Source of the DNA: Klebsiella phage vB_KpnS_Uniso31
Reading direction: 5' to 3' (one strand)
Sequence record: ON637170.1
DNA: 32,000 nucleotides
Made by a program: the position numbers and the translations under genes. Below the pieces are notes generated by a model. That model ran no database searches. It was given only the letters and a program-made list of their open reading frames with translations, and was not told the DNA's origin. This document shows, one piece after another, positions 8,228 through 15,907 of this stretch (position 1 is its first letter; every line of letters begins with the position of its first letter).

Positions 8228-8943
8228 TTGACTATAAAGCATTAAAAGCACTATTCCCTAATGGTCTCCCCGAGGCACATAACGTGTTTGCAACCGTTAA
8301 GGCACATCTCACTTACCAGATTCTGCGTAAGGAGTATGGGTACGCTGCTACTAACAGTAAAACCTGGGATCAGTTTAAGGAAGCCTACGCGGAAGCAACT
8401 AAGCCAGTACCGGTAGCTTCTGTTAGTATCACGGGCGCTCCTGCATCCTTAGACTATACTAAGACTGTACAGCTTGCCGCAACTGTCCTACCAACAAACG
8501 CAGATAATAAAACTGTAACGTGGAAGACTAGTGATGCTACCCTAGCTACTGTGAGCTCAACAGGATTAGTAACAGCCCTGTCTAAGGCAGGCACTGTTAA
8601 AATTACTGCCACTGCAGGTGGTAAATCTAGTGAAGTGTCTATTCAGGTCAAGGCTCCTGTTGTAGCAGTTACCGGTGTCACTATGTCACCTAAGACTATT
8701 ACAATCGAAGCAGGTAAGACCGGCAAACTTACTGGTACCGTAGCCCCGGCTAACGCAACCAATAAGTCTGTAACTTACACTTCTGCTGATACCACCAAAG
8801 CTACCGTAGCTGCGGACGGTACGGTAACTGTTCCTGCTAACCTAGCTGCGGATAGTACCGTAGTTATTACTGTTAAAACAGCTGACGGCAATAAGACCGA
8901 CACTGCAATAGTAACAGTTAAGGTTCCTACAGCGGGTGTGTAA
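8224..8943 (+). CDS. Head decoration protein, T5 pb10-like, with two tandem Ig-like (BIG2) domains, 239 aa
   Basis: N-terminal helical region (MIDYKALKALFPNGLPEAHNVFATVKAHLTY) similar to remembered pb10; two Ig-like segments VASVSITGAPASLDYTKTVQLAATVLPTNADNKTVTWKTSD... and VTGVTMSPKTITIEAGKTGKLTGTVAPANATNKSVTYTSAD... Confidence 0.8.
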   Translation: MIDYKALKALFPNGLPEAHNVFATVKAHLTYQILRKEYGYAATNSKTWDQFKEAYAEATKPVPVASVSITGAPASLDYTKTVQLAATVLPTNADNKTVTWKTSDATLATVSSTGLVTALSKAGTVKITATAGGKSSEVSIQVKAPVVAVTGVTMSPKTITIEAGKTGKLTGTVAPANATNKSVTYTSADTTKATVAADGTVTVPANLAADSTVVITVKTADGNKTDTAIVTVKVPTAGV

Positions 8944-8955
8944 TATCTGTTAACT

Positions 8956-8979
8956 GGGGAGCTTCGGCTCCCCATTTTT
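8956..8979 (+). terminator. Rho-independent terminator GGGGAGC-TTCG-GCTCCCC-ATTTTT
   Basis: 7-bp GC stem, UUCG tetraloop, T-tract. Confidence 0.92.
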
Positions 8980-9064
8980 CTATGCTAGTGCATAACTATT
9001 TTCAGTGTAACCAATTTCGACTACCTACTAATTCCACACACCGTGTGGGATTTTCAAATATCTT

Positions 9065-9093
9065 TTGACATTCGCGATTTGGTATGTAATAAT
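9065..9093 (+). promoter_or_regulatory. Predicted promoter TTGACA-N17-AATAAT upstream of the prohead protease
   Basis: Consensus -35 at 9065-9070, -10 (5/6) at 9088-9093, 17-nt spacer; upstream A/T element TTTTCAAATAT 9051-9061. Confidence 0.75.
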
Positions 9094-9114
9094 AGTATCT
9101 GAAAACTGAGGAAC

Positions 9115-9128
9115 AACACGAAAGTGTT
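9115..9128 (+). promoter_or_regulatory. Small leader hairpin AACAC-GAAA-GTGTT adjacent to the protease RBS
   Basis: 5-bp stem with GAAA tetraloop, immediately 5' of the GGAG SD at 9130-9133. Confidence 0.4.
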
Positions 9129-9139
9129 TGGAGCAAACG

Positions 9140-9736
9140 ATGCAGAATATCAATCTTAATGCTGAGATTAAATCTGTTAAAGCTGTCGGTGAGGGTGATA
9201 ATCCTCCTTTAAAAATCAAAGGGTATGCTAACACGATTACCAAAGACCGCGCCGGCGACGTTATTCTCTCCGAAGCGTGGACTACCAGTAACGCCCTCAA
9301 GAATTTTATGAAGAACCCGATCATGCTTTTCGGCCATAACCATAGCCGCCCAATTGGTAAGATCCTAGACCTGGTACCAACCGAGTCCGGACTTATGGTT
9401 GAGGGTGAGGTAAGTGCTGCTGATCTACAGATTTACTCATTAATACGTGATGAGGTTCTTAAAACGTTCTCGGTAGGCTTCTATATTAAAGACGCCGAAT
9501 GGGACGATATGACTGAAACGTTCATTATTAAAGATCTGGAGTTACTCGAGATCTCTGTAGTCTCGGTTCCCTGCAACCAAGACTCAACTTTTAGCCTTTC
9601 GAAGTCTGTAAACCATAATGATTACATGGAGCTTCGTAAGTCTTTTGTAAAATCTTCGCAGGTCCAGCCTGTTGAACAACCTGAACTTTCTAATTTAGAG
9701 AAATTCCTAGTAGCCGCTGGTTACGCTAAAGGATAA
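9140..9736 (+). CDS. Prohead maturation protease (HK97-like), 198 aa
   Basis: ATG at 9140 has GGAG 6 nt upstream; the track start 9128 is a TTG within the SD region. Motifs: IKGYANTITKDRAGDVI, MLFGHNHSRPIGKI, LKTFSVGFY, LELLEISVVSVPCNQD. Confidence 0.9.
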   Translation: MQNINLNAEIKSVKAVGEGDNPPLKIKGYANTITKDRAGDVILSEAWTTSNALKNFMKNPIMLFGHNHSRPIGKILDLVPTESGLMVEGEVSAADLQIYSLIRDEVLKTFSVGFYIKDAEWDDMTETFIIKDLELLEISVVSVPCNQDSTFSLSKSVNHNDYMELRKSFVKSSQVQPVEQPELSNLEKFLVAAGYAKG

Positions 9737-9749
9737 TGGAGAAATAATA

Positions 9750-11132
9750 ATGTCTTACGATATCGCACAACTGTCTAAAGATCTGGGCCTGGGTGACATT
9801 GCTGAGCAGCTTAAAGGTCTAACCGCCTCTCAGAAAGCTGAAGAAGCTCGCAAATTTGCTGCTGAGCAGGAAGCTAAAGAACTCAAGCGTATGGAAGACC
9901 TGGTTGCTAAAGCAACTGGTGAAGACCGTAAAAACCTGGCAGAAGCTCTGGAGCTTGTAAAAAACCTGGATGAGAAATCCAAACAGTCCGCTGAAGCGTT
10001 CGTTAAAGCAATGAACTCCCAGCAGGAAGAAATCACTGGTCTGAAAGAGGAAATCAAATCTCTGCTGGCCGCTCGTGAAAATGGTCGCTCTTTCGTAGCT
10101 GATGGCGTTGCTAAGGCAATGTTTGGTAAGCAGGAAGATTTCGAAGACGAAGTTGAGAAACTGGTTCTTCTGTCCTACGTAATGCAGAAAGATGTATTCG
10201 GTACTAAGCGTGGCGAAGCCCACCTGAAAGCTGTTAACGGCTCTTCTTCTATCGAAGTTTCTACCGAAGCATACGAAACCATCTTCTCCCTGCGTATCCT
10301 GCGTGACATTCAGGCTAAACTGATTATCGGTACCATGTTCGAAGAACTGCCGATGTCTAGCAAATTGCTGACCATGATGGTTGAGCCGGAAGCTGGTGAA
10401 GCTAGCTGGGTTGACGCCTCTACTTACGGTACTCCTGCTACTGTTGGTGCGGAAGACAAAACCAAGCTGTCTGAAATCACCTTCAAGACCTACAAACTGG
10501 CTGCTAAAGCGTATATGACCGACGAAACAGAAGAAGATGCTATCTTCACTCTGCTGCCGATCATGCGTCGTCGTCTGATTGAAGCTCACGCTATCGCAAT
10601 CGAAAAGGCGTTCCTGACCGGTACTGGTGCTGCGGGTACTCCGAAAGGCCTGATCCAGTTCGCTAAAGACGATGGTAAAGTAGTTGCTACCACTGCTAAA
10701 GCTGACGGTTCTGTTAAAGTTACCGCTAAAGAAATTCACAAGCTGCGTCGTTCGCTGGGCCGCCACGGTCTGGATTTGAACAAACTGGCTCTGGTTGTTT
10801 CGATGGACGCTTACTACGATCTGATCGAAGATGAAGAGTTCCAGGACGTTGCACAGGTTACCGCTACTACCGCTATCAAACTGCAGGGTCAGGTTGGTCG
10901 CATCTACGGTCTGCCGGTACTGGTTTCCGAGTTCTTCCCAGCTAAGGCTGCAAGCGCTGCGTTCTGTGTGGTTGTTTACCGTGACAACTTCATCGTTCCT
11001 CGTCAGCGTGCAATCACCGTTGAGAAAGAGCGTCAGGCTGAACGTCAGCGCGATGCGTACTACGTTACTCAGCGTCTGAACCTGATGCGTTTCTTCGAGA
11101 ACGGCGTAGTTGCTGGTGCTTACGCTGCTTAA
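9750..11132 (+). CDS. Major capsid protein precursor, T5 pb8-like, 460 aa
   Basis: Long N-terminal helical/charged delta-like region (~160 aa) followed by HK97-fold-like domain (TEDEEDAIFTLLPIMRRRLIEAHAIAIEKAFLTGTGAAGTPKGLIQ); strongly biased codon usage. Confidence 0.93.
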   Translation: MSYDIAQLSKDLGLGDIAEQLKGLTASQKAEEARKFAAEQEAKELKRMEDLVAKATGEDRKNLAEALELVKNLDEKSKQSAEAFVKAMNSQQEEITGLKEEIKSLLAARENGRSFVADGVAKAMFGKQEDFEDEVEKLVLLSYVMQKDVFGTKRGEAHLKAVNGSSSIEVSTEAYETIFSLRILRDIQAKLIIGTMFEELPMSSKLLTMMVEPEAGEASWVDASTYGTPATVGAEDKTKLSEITFKTYKLAAKAYMTDETEEDAIFTLLPIMRRRLIEAHAIAIEKAFLTGTGAAGTPKGLIQFAKDDGKVVATTAKADGSVKVTAKEIHKLRRSLGRHGLDLNKLALVVSMDAYYDLIEDEEFQDVAQVTATTAIKLQGQVGRIYGLPVLVSEFFPAKAASAAFCVVVYRDNFIVPRQRAITVEKERQAERQRDAYYVTQRLNLMRFFENGVVAGAYAA

Positions 11133-11151
11133 TTTGGCTATACTGCCGACT

Positions 11152-11178
11152 AAAGGAGAGCTTCGGCTCTCCTTTTTT
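11152..11178 (+). terminator. Rho-independent terminator AAAGGAGAGC-TTCG-GCTCTCCTTTTTT
   Basis: Perfect stem with UUCG loop and T-tract directly after the major capsid gene. Confidence 0.92.
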
Positions 11179-11190
11179 ATTGGGTAAAAT

Positions 11191-11703
11191 ATGCAATTCA
11201 TGACAGATTCTGATTGGAGAACATATGGAGGCCTTAAACGTCCTGACTTAGAGTCAAATATCCCAATGTTAATCAAAGCGGCTAATGCTCTGATTACTCA
11301 GCTTCTAGGTATTGACGACACTGCTAACGTTGTAGACGTTCTGCCTACTAAACCAGCACGCAAAAAGTACTTCCTATCTTCTCCCGTGCCTAGCACGATC
11401 ACTAAAATTACGATTAACGATCAGGAGATCGATAAGTCGCAATATAAGAACTACCCGGATGGTACGCTCTTGCTGAAATTCCCTCCTCCAGAGGGGTATA
11501 TGGAAGTAGAGTTTACTCAGACCGGCTTTACCTCTATCCCTGATGACTTGGTACTAGCAGCATGCTTCCTAGTTGATCATTGGGTCAAGAAGGACTACCG
11601 CGAGTCTCGTACATTTGGCGGAGAAACCGTTACTTTCAATACAACTAAATCTGGCGTACCGGAACATATTCGTACTATAATCGAAGTATATCGGAGGCTG
11701 TAG
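11191..11703 (+). CDS. Head completion/head-tail connector-like protein, 170 aa
   Basis: Position after MCP, size match with the T5 head completion protein p144 as recalled; start of a translationally overlapping cluster. Confidence 0.65.
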   Translation: MQFMTDSDWRTYGGLKRPDLESNIPMLIKAANALITQLLGIDDTANVVDVLPTKPARKKYFLSSPVPSTITKITINDQEIDKSQYKNYPDGTLLLKFPPPEGYMEVEFTQTGFTSIPDDLVLAACFLVDHWVKKDYRESRTFGGETVTFNTTKSGVPEHIRTIIEVYRRL

Positions 11704-12464
11704 TGGCGTTGGGCGATCTAGCTCGACAGATAGTTAAAGAACAGCTGGACATTATGAGTGGTGGCAGCCACTCCACTAAGAACACCGTGGTATATACTGC
11801 GGAAACTATGGATAACCACAAAGATGGCACCATAGGCAAGGTATCCTTCCGATTTACCAAGCCGGTATCGGAGGACTTACTGAATGTTCGGACGTCCTCT
11901 ATTTTAAAAGCTGTCTCGTCGTCACTTAACTTAGAAGGCGACGTTGGTGTTATCGATAACCTTCTAAACAGTATCACTGGTAAAAAATCCACGATAGGAA
12001 GAAAACGATCTACCGGTAGGGTAGAGGTTAACTTTGGAGATCCTTCAGATGCTGACAACGGTTACGCTGGTGCTATTTCTGGCGCTTCTGGGCGTTTCGT
12101 CTCAAACACAAACCTTAGAGCGTTACTTGAACTCGTAGCAAAAGAATACCTAGTTAAGGATATGAAAAAAGCGGGTGCACCACTGAAATTTAGAACTGGG
12201 CGTTTCGCTAATTCCTTGAAAATTAAAGACGTGCTGTTAAGAGAAGACGCAGGGGCAAAGAATCCTGACCTCAACATCACGTATAACTACATGCTTAAGC
12301 CTTACTCTGTGTTCAACCCTGCCGTCTCTACCTACCGCGGACTCTCCCTACGACCTTTCCCTGGTGCTAGGAACCCGCAGAAGCTGATCGGCGAGGCAAT
12401 CGCTAAGGCTGCAAGAGACCTTATCCATTCTAGATACCGGATAAGAGTAAATCAGGGTACATAA
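11703..12464 (+). CDS. Neck/tail-connection protein, 253 aa (GTG start)
   Basis: Stop/start overlap (TAGTG) with previous gene, TAATG with next; synteny with the T5 neck region. Confidence 0.6.
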   Translation: MALGDLARQIVKEQLDIMSGGSHSTKNTVVYTAETMDNHKDGTIGKVSFRFTKPVSEDLLNVRTSSILKAVSSSLNLEGDVGVIDNLLNSITGKKSTIGRKRSTGRVEVNFGDPSDADNGYAGAISGASGRFVSNTNLRALLELVAKEYLVKDMKKAGAPLKFRTGRFANSLKIKDVLLREDAGAKNPDLNITYNYMLKPYSVFNPAVSTYRGLSLRPFPGARNPQKLIGEAIAKAARDLIHSRYRIRVNQGT

Positions 12465-12949
12465 TGAATTACAGAACAAGTATTGCTGATGCCCTAGTGG
12501 AACGACTGAAGAAGGACATGGACGGGAGTAATCCCACAGAGTTCTTTACTAATATGTATGGGAACGTATCCCGCCAGACTTATTCGTTTGAGCAGATCAA
12601 TGAGTTCCCTTACATAGCAGTCCACGTGGGTACCGAAACTGGAAACTACCTGCCGTCTGCACAGCAGTGGGTTTACCTTGAAATTCCTATTCTTATCTAT
12701 GATAAAGAAAAGGATGATATTAACATGCAACTTGAGAAACTCATAGCGGATGTAAAAACCTCTATTGACACTGGAGGAAATTTACAATATACTATAATGA
12801 AACCTGATGGTTCAACTATCGATTCTGAAGCCACTGACATGCAGATCACGTCGGTGTCCACAGACGAGGGTATACTGTCCCCGTTTGGTTTTGCTCAAGT
12901 TAACGTAACAGTCCGGTATATGCCTCTGAGAAGAGCGCTGGATAGATAA
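12464..12949 (+). CDS. Tail terminator-like protein (T5 p142-like), 161 aa
   Basis: Position immediately before the tail tube gene; same length as T5 p142 as recalled. Confidence 0.65.
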   Translation: MNYRTSIADALVERLKKDMDGSNPTEFFTNMYGNVSRQTYSFEQINEFPYIAVHVGTETGNYLPSAQQWVYLEIPILIYDKEKDDINMQLEKLIADVKTSIDTGGNLQYTIMKPDGSTIDSEATDMQITSVSTDEGILSPFGFAQVNVTVRYMPLRRALDR

Positions 12950-12972
12950 GTTACAGCTCAGGAGAAATTTAA

Positions 12973-14100
12973 ATGTCTGTACAACTATTACGTAATACAC
13001 GAATCTTCGTGTCAACCGTTACTACGGGGTTCACTAAGGCCAACACTCAGGAGATCCTAGTTCAGGATGATGTCTCCTGGAGCCAGGACAGTAACTCCAC
13101 TGATATTACCCTAAATGAGGCTGGTCCTAAGCCGACCCGCGGTTCGCAGCGCTTTAACGATTCATTGAACGCTGCTGAGTGGAGCTTCTCCACTTATATC
13201 CTGCCGTATGACGACGCAGGTAAACAGATTCTACCGGACTACCTACTGTGGCACGGGCTGTCAACTGGCGCCGCTGTGAACTTAGCAAGCGCTACTGGTG
13301 TATTCCAGAATGCTACTAACCTGGTTGTCAACTTTAAAGACAATGGATACCACGAGCTGGCTATGTTGAACATCTACATCCTGACCGATAGCTCTTGGTC
13401 TGTGATCCGTAATTGCCAGGTTGGTCAGGCTGAGGTTAACGTAGATATTGATGATATCGGTCGTGTAACCTGGTCAGGCAACGGCACCCGTTTAGAGACT
13501 CTGTCCGCACAGCCGTTCGATCCTAAAACCATCGGTATAGACGATGCTCTTTATGCTAAGATTCAGAGTTCTTATATCAAGAACAAACTGACCATTCTTA
13601 AGCTGAAGAACAACGCTACCGGCGGAAAAACCTATAACATCCCGATCACGGGAGGTTCTTTCACCATGAACAACAACGTGACGTACCTGACTCCTAACAT
13701 CATGTCTCGTGTTGACGTTCCTATTGGTTCCTTCACCGGATCCTTTGAATTGACTGGTTCCTTGACGGCGTATATGAATGATGCTGCCAACGGTTCTATC
13801 CAGCTATATAAAGATCTGGTATCTGACCTGAAAGCTGTGAACGACTTCGAAGTTGCAATCATCTTAGGTGGGGAATATGACACTGCTCGTCCGGCAGCTG
13901 TTCTGGTGGCTAAACACGCTAACCTGAATATCCCGTCAATCGAAACTGATGATGTGCTTGGTGTATCTATTGAGTTCAAAGCTATTCCTACTCAGATGGA
14001 CGCAGGGGACGAGGGTTACTTAGGTTTCTCTTCTAAGTACACCAAGACTTCAATCGCGAAGCTAATCAGTTCTGGTGACGGTAACCCAGTCACTCCATAA
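12973..14100 (+). CDS. Major tail tube protein (T5 pb6-like), 375 aa, no recognisable C-terminal Ig domain
   Basis: Syntenic position, strong SD (cAGGAGaaattta), duplicated tube-like composition, high-expression codon usage. Confidence 0.82.
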   Translation: MSVQLLRNTRIFVSTVTTGFTKANTQEILVQDDVSWSQDSNSTDITLNEAGPKPTRGSQRFNDSLNAAEWSFSTYILPYDDAGKQILPDYLLWHGLSTGAAVNLASATGVFQNATNLVVNFKDNGYHELAMLNIYILTDSSWSVIRNCQVGQAEVNVDIDDIGRVTWSGNGTRLETLSAQPFDPKTIGIDDALYAKIQSSYIKNKLTILKLKNNATGGKTYNIPITGGSFTMNNNVTYLTPNIMSRVDVPIGSFTGSFELTGSLTAYMNDAANGSIQLYKDLVSDLKAVNDFEVAIILGGEYDTARPAAVLVAKHANLNIPSIETDDVLGVSIEFKAIPTQMDAGDEGYLGFSSKYTKTSIAKLISSGDGNPVTP

Positions 14101-14109
14101 GGATAACTA

Positions 14110-14997
14110 ATGCTATACTCCCTAATGCGGGAGTCTAGAGTAGTCATCGAGTACGATGGCAGGGCGTACGGATTCGACGCCCTGTCTGATTACACTGCTG
14201 GAACGTCCTACGAAGAGTTTAAGGCAAATCGTAGGACGATTCACAGACGCAGTAACTACGCCTATTCGAAGATAACTGCTCAGTCTCCTTCTTCAATTTC
14301 TCTAACTCTTAACTTCTCTAGTAATGCTCTCGAGGGTCTATTTTTCGAGTTGATGGGGTTTATAGAGATAGACGGAATGTATCAGATGCCCTTGTTCAGT
14401 AATAATATTGAGCCTAAAATGTTCTCCGTATATATTATTAACAAGAACACGAGCTTACGTTTCGATAACTGTTTTGCTACCACCTGCGACTTTTCTCTAG
14501 ATAAAAGTGTCCCGGTGCTAAACGTTGGTATCGAGTCGGGATACTTTGAGGAAGTAGGCCACCCACTCAACAGCTATACGCTTGATCAAGGTGAGGTGCT
14601 ACCATTTTCATTACCTCAGGTATCTTCGAATGGGAGAGTGCTTCCAGGACTTATGTCAGCCGGTATGTCATTCCAGCAGCAATGTGAATGGCGGGGTGAC
14701 AGAAGTTTATTCGATATCAATAAGATTTATAATAATAGGAGAGCAATCGTTAACGAGTTGAACTCATCTGCTTTGATATCGATGTATTATGCGAAGAGTC
14801 TTCATATAGATTCTACGCATAACATTAAACCTGATATGGGCCTACCGGTACAGATCAGAAATAAATATATTGTGGTGGACTTTCCATCCACTAAAATCAC
14901 AAAACGCCTAGACTTAACCGACGTGTACAAGATCGATTACGATGTGATCCCTACGGAGCAATCAGATCCTGTCCGAATCAAGCTAATTGGAGAATAA
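14110..14997 (+). CDS. Baseplate tube protein-like (T5 p140-like), 295 aa
   Basis: Position between tube protein and tail chaperones; size close to T5 p140 as recalled. Confidence 0.6.
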   Translation: MLYSLMRESRVVIEYDGRAYGFDALSDYTAGTSYEEFKANRRTIHRRSNYAYSKITAQSPSSISLTLNFSSNALEGLFFELMGFIEIDGMYQMPLFSNNIEPKMFSVYIINKNTSLRFDNCFATTCDFSLDKSVPVLNVGIESGYFEEVGHPLNSYTLDQGEVLPFSLPQVSSNGRVLPGLMSAGMSFQQQCEWRGDRSLFDINKIYNNRRAIVNELNSSALISMYYAKSLHIDSTHNIKPDMGLPVQIRNKYIVVDFPSTKITKRLDLTDVYKIDYDVIPTEQSDPVRIKLIGE

Positions 14998-15000
14998 CAA

Positions 15001-15423
15001 ATGAGTATTAACCTAAAAGATATTGCACTGGATACCAAACAGATTACCATTGCATACCCTGGCCTACCCCACTTCAAACTGAAAGTTAACTACGTCTCCC
15101 GTAAGCTCTCCAAGAAAATCCTGGAAGCTGCACAAGAGAACCAGTTTGTTAATGGTATCGCTGTTAAAGTGCAAAACGATGACAAATTCGCAGAAGAGTT
15201 CGTCAAAGTGGCTATTGCGGGTTGGGAAGGTCTAACCGTCGCAGATGTTGAGAAACTAATGCTGATCGAGGTTCCGGAAGATCGCCTGGAAGATAAGGTA
15301 GAATTTAGTATCGACAACGCGATGATGTTGGTACGTAATTCCAGCGCCTTCGAGACCTGGATGAATAGCACCGTCTTCCACCTAGACACCTTTCGTGGTT
15401 CAAAATCGGAACCGACTGCTTAA
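15001..15423 (+). CDS. Tail assembly chaperone (lambda G-like), 140 aa
   Basis: Position upstream of the tape measure; overlaps a second ORF in a different frame, the usual chaperone arrangement. Confidence 0.7.
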   Translation: MSINLKDIALDTKQITIAYPGLPHFKLKVNYVSRKLSKKILEAAQENQFVNGIAVKVQNDDKFAEEFVKVAIAGWEGLTVADVEKLMLIEVPEDRLEDKVEFSIDNAMMLVRNSSAFETWMNSTVFHLDTFRGSKSEPTA

Positions 15424-15823
15424 GGAAATAGACGCCTTTGCAGAACGATGTGTCAAGGGAGGGGACTCCAAGATTACACGGGAGCAGTATCTGACTATGT
15501 GCGAATCTCTCGGGGAGGAACCTAACCCCGAGGTACTTAAACGTTTCGTAGAGATCCATGACTTCCCTGAAATCGCACAGACCGCTCTAACAATATATAA
15601 CAACTTATCGGACAATTATATCCCCGGGGATTATCCAACCTATTTAGGCAAGGATAAAAGTGCCCTACTAGTTTTCTTCGATATCTACGGAGTCGAGGAT
15701 CCAGATGAGAAGAGTCTTATACTCCAGATCATCAACATATTCGACTCACATGCTGTGGCAGCCTCTCGCAAACGTGTTGAAGCAGCTATTAAGAAGTCTA
15801 AAATGAAGTCTTCTAGCAGATAG
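15395..15823 (+). CDS. Second tail assembly chaperone ORF (GT-like extension), 142 aa if started at GTG 15395
   Basis: Frame open from 15365 to 15823, overlapping the previous ORF in the +1 (-2) frame; no convincing SD for an independent start. Confidence 0.65.
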   Translation: MVQNRNRLLKEIDAFAERCVKGGDSKITREQYLTMCESLGEEPNPEVLKRFVEIHDFPEIAQTALTIYNNLSDNYIPGDYPTYLGKDKSALLVFFDIYGVEDPDEKSLILQIINIFDSHAVAASRKRVEAAIKKSKMKSSSR

Positions 15824-15864
15824 TGAGTTACATTTTCCTCCAACGGGCGTTCCACGTGAGGCTT

Positions 15865-15894
15865 GGCCTAGGGTTAATGCCCTAGGCCTTTTTT
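15865..15894 (+). terminator. Rho-independent terminator GGCCTAGGG-TTAATG-CCCTAGGCC-TTTTTT
   Basis: 9-bp GC-rich stem with T6 tract, 13 nt before the tape measure ATG. Confidence 0.92.
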
Positions 15895-15907
15895 ATTGGA
15901 AAAAATC

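Noticed and set aside
9819-11276. 485-aa minus-strand ORF antisense to the major capsid gene
   Set aside because: Mirror of a highly codon-biased, highly expressed gene (few codons giving antisense stops); composition is Phe/Gln/Ser-rich nonsense, crosses the terminator at 11152, and lacks a recognisable domain.
15896-15907. Track start (TTG 15896) of the tape measure
   Set aside because: Sits at the end of the terminator T-tract; ATG 15908 with GGA upstream is more plausible.
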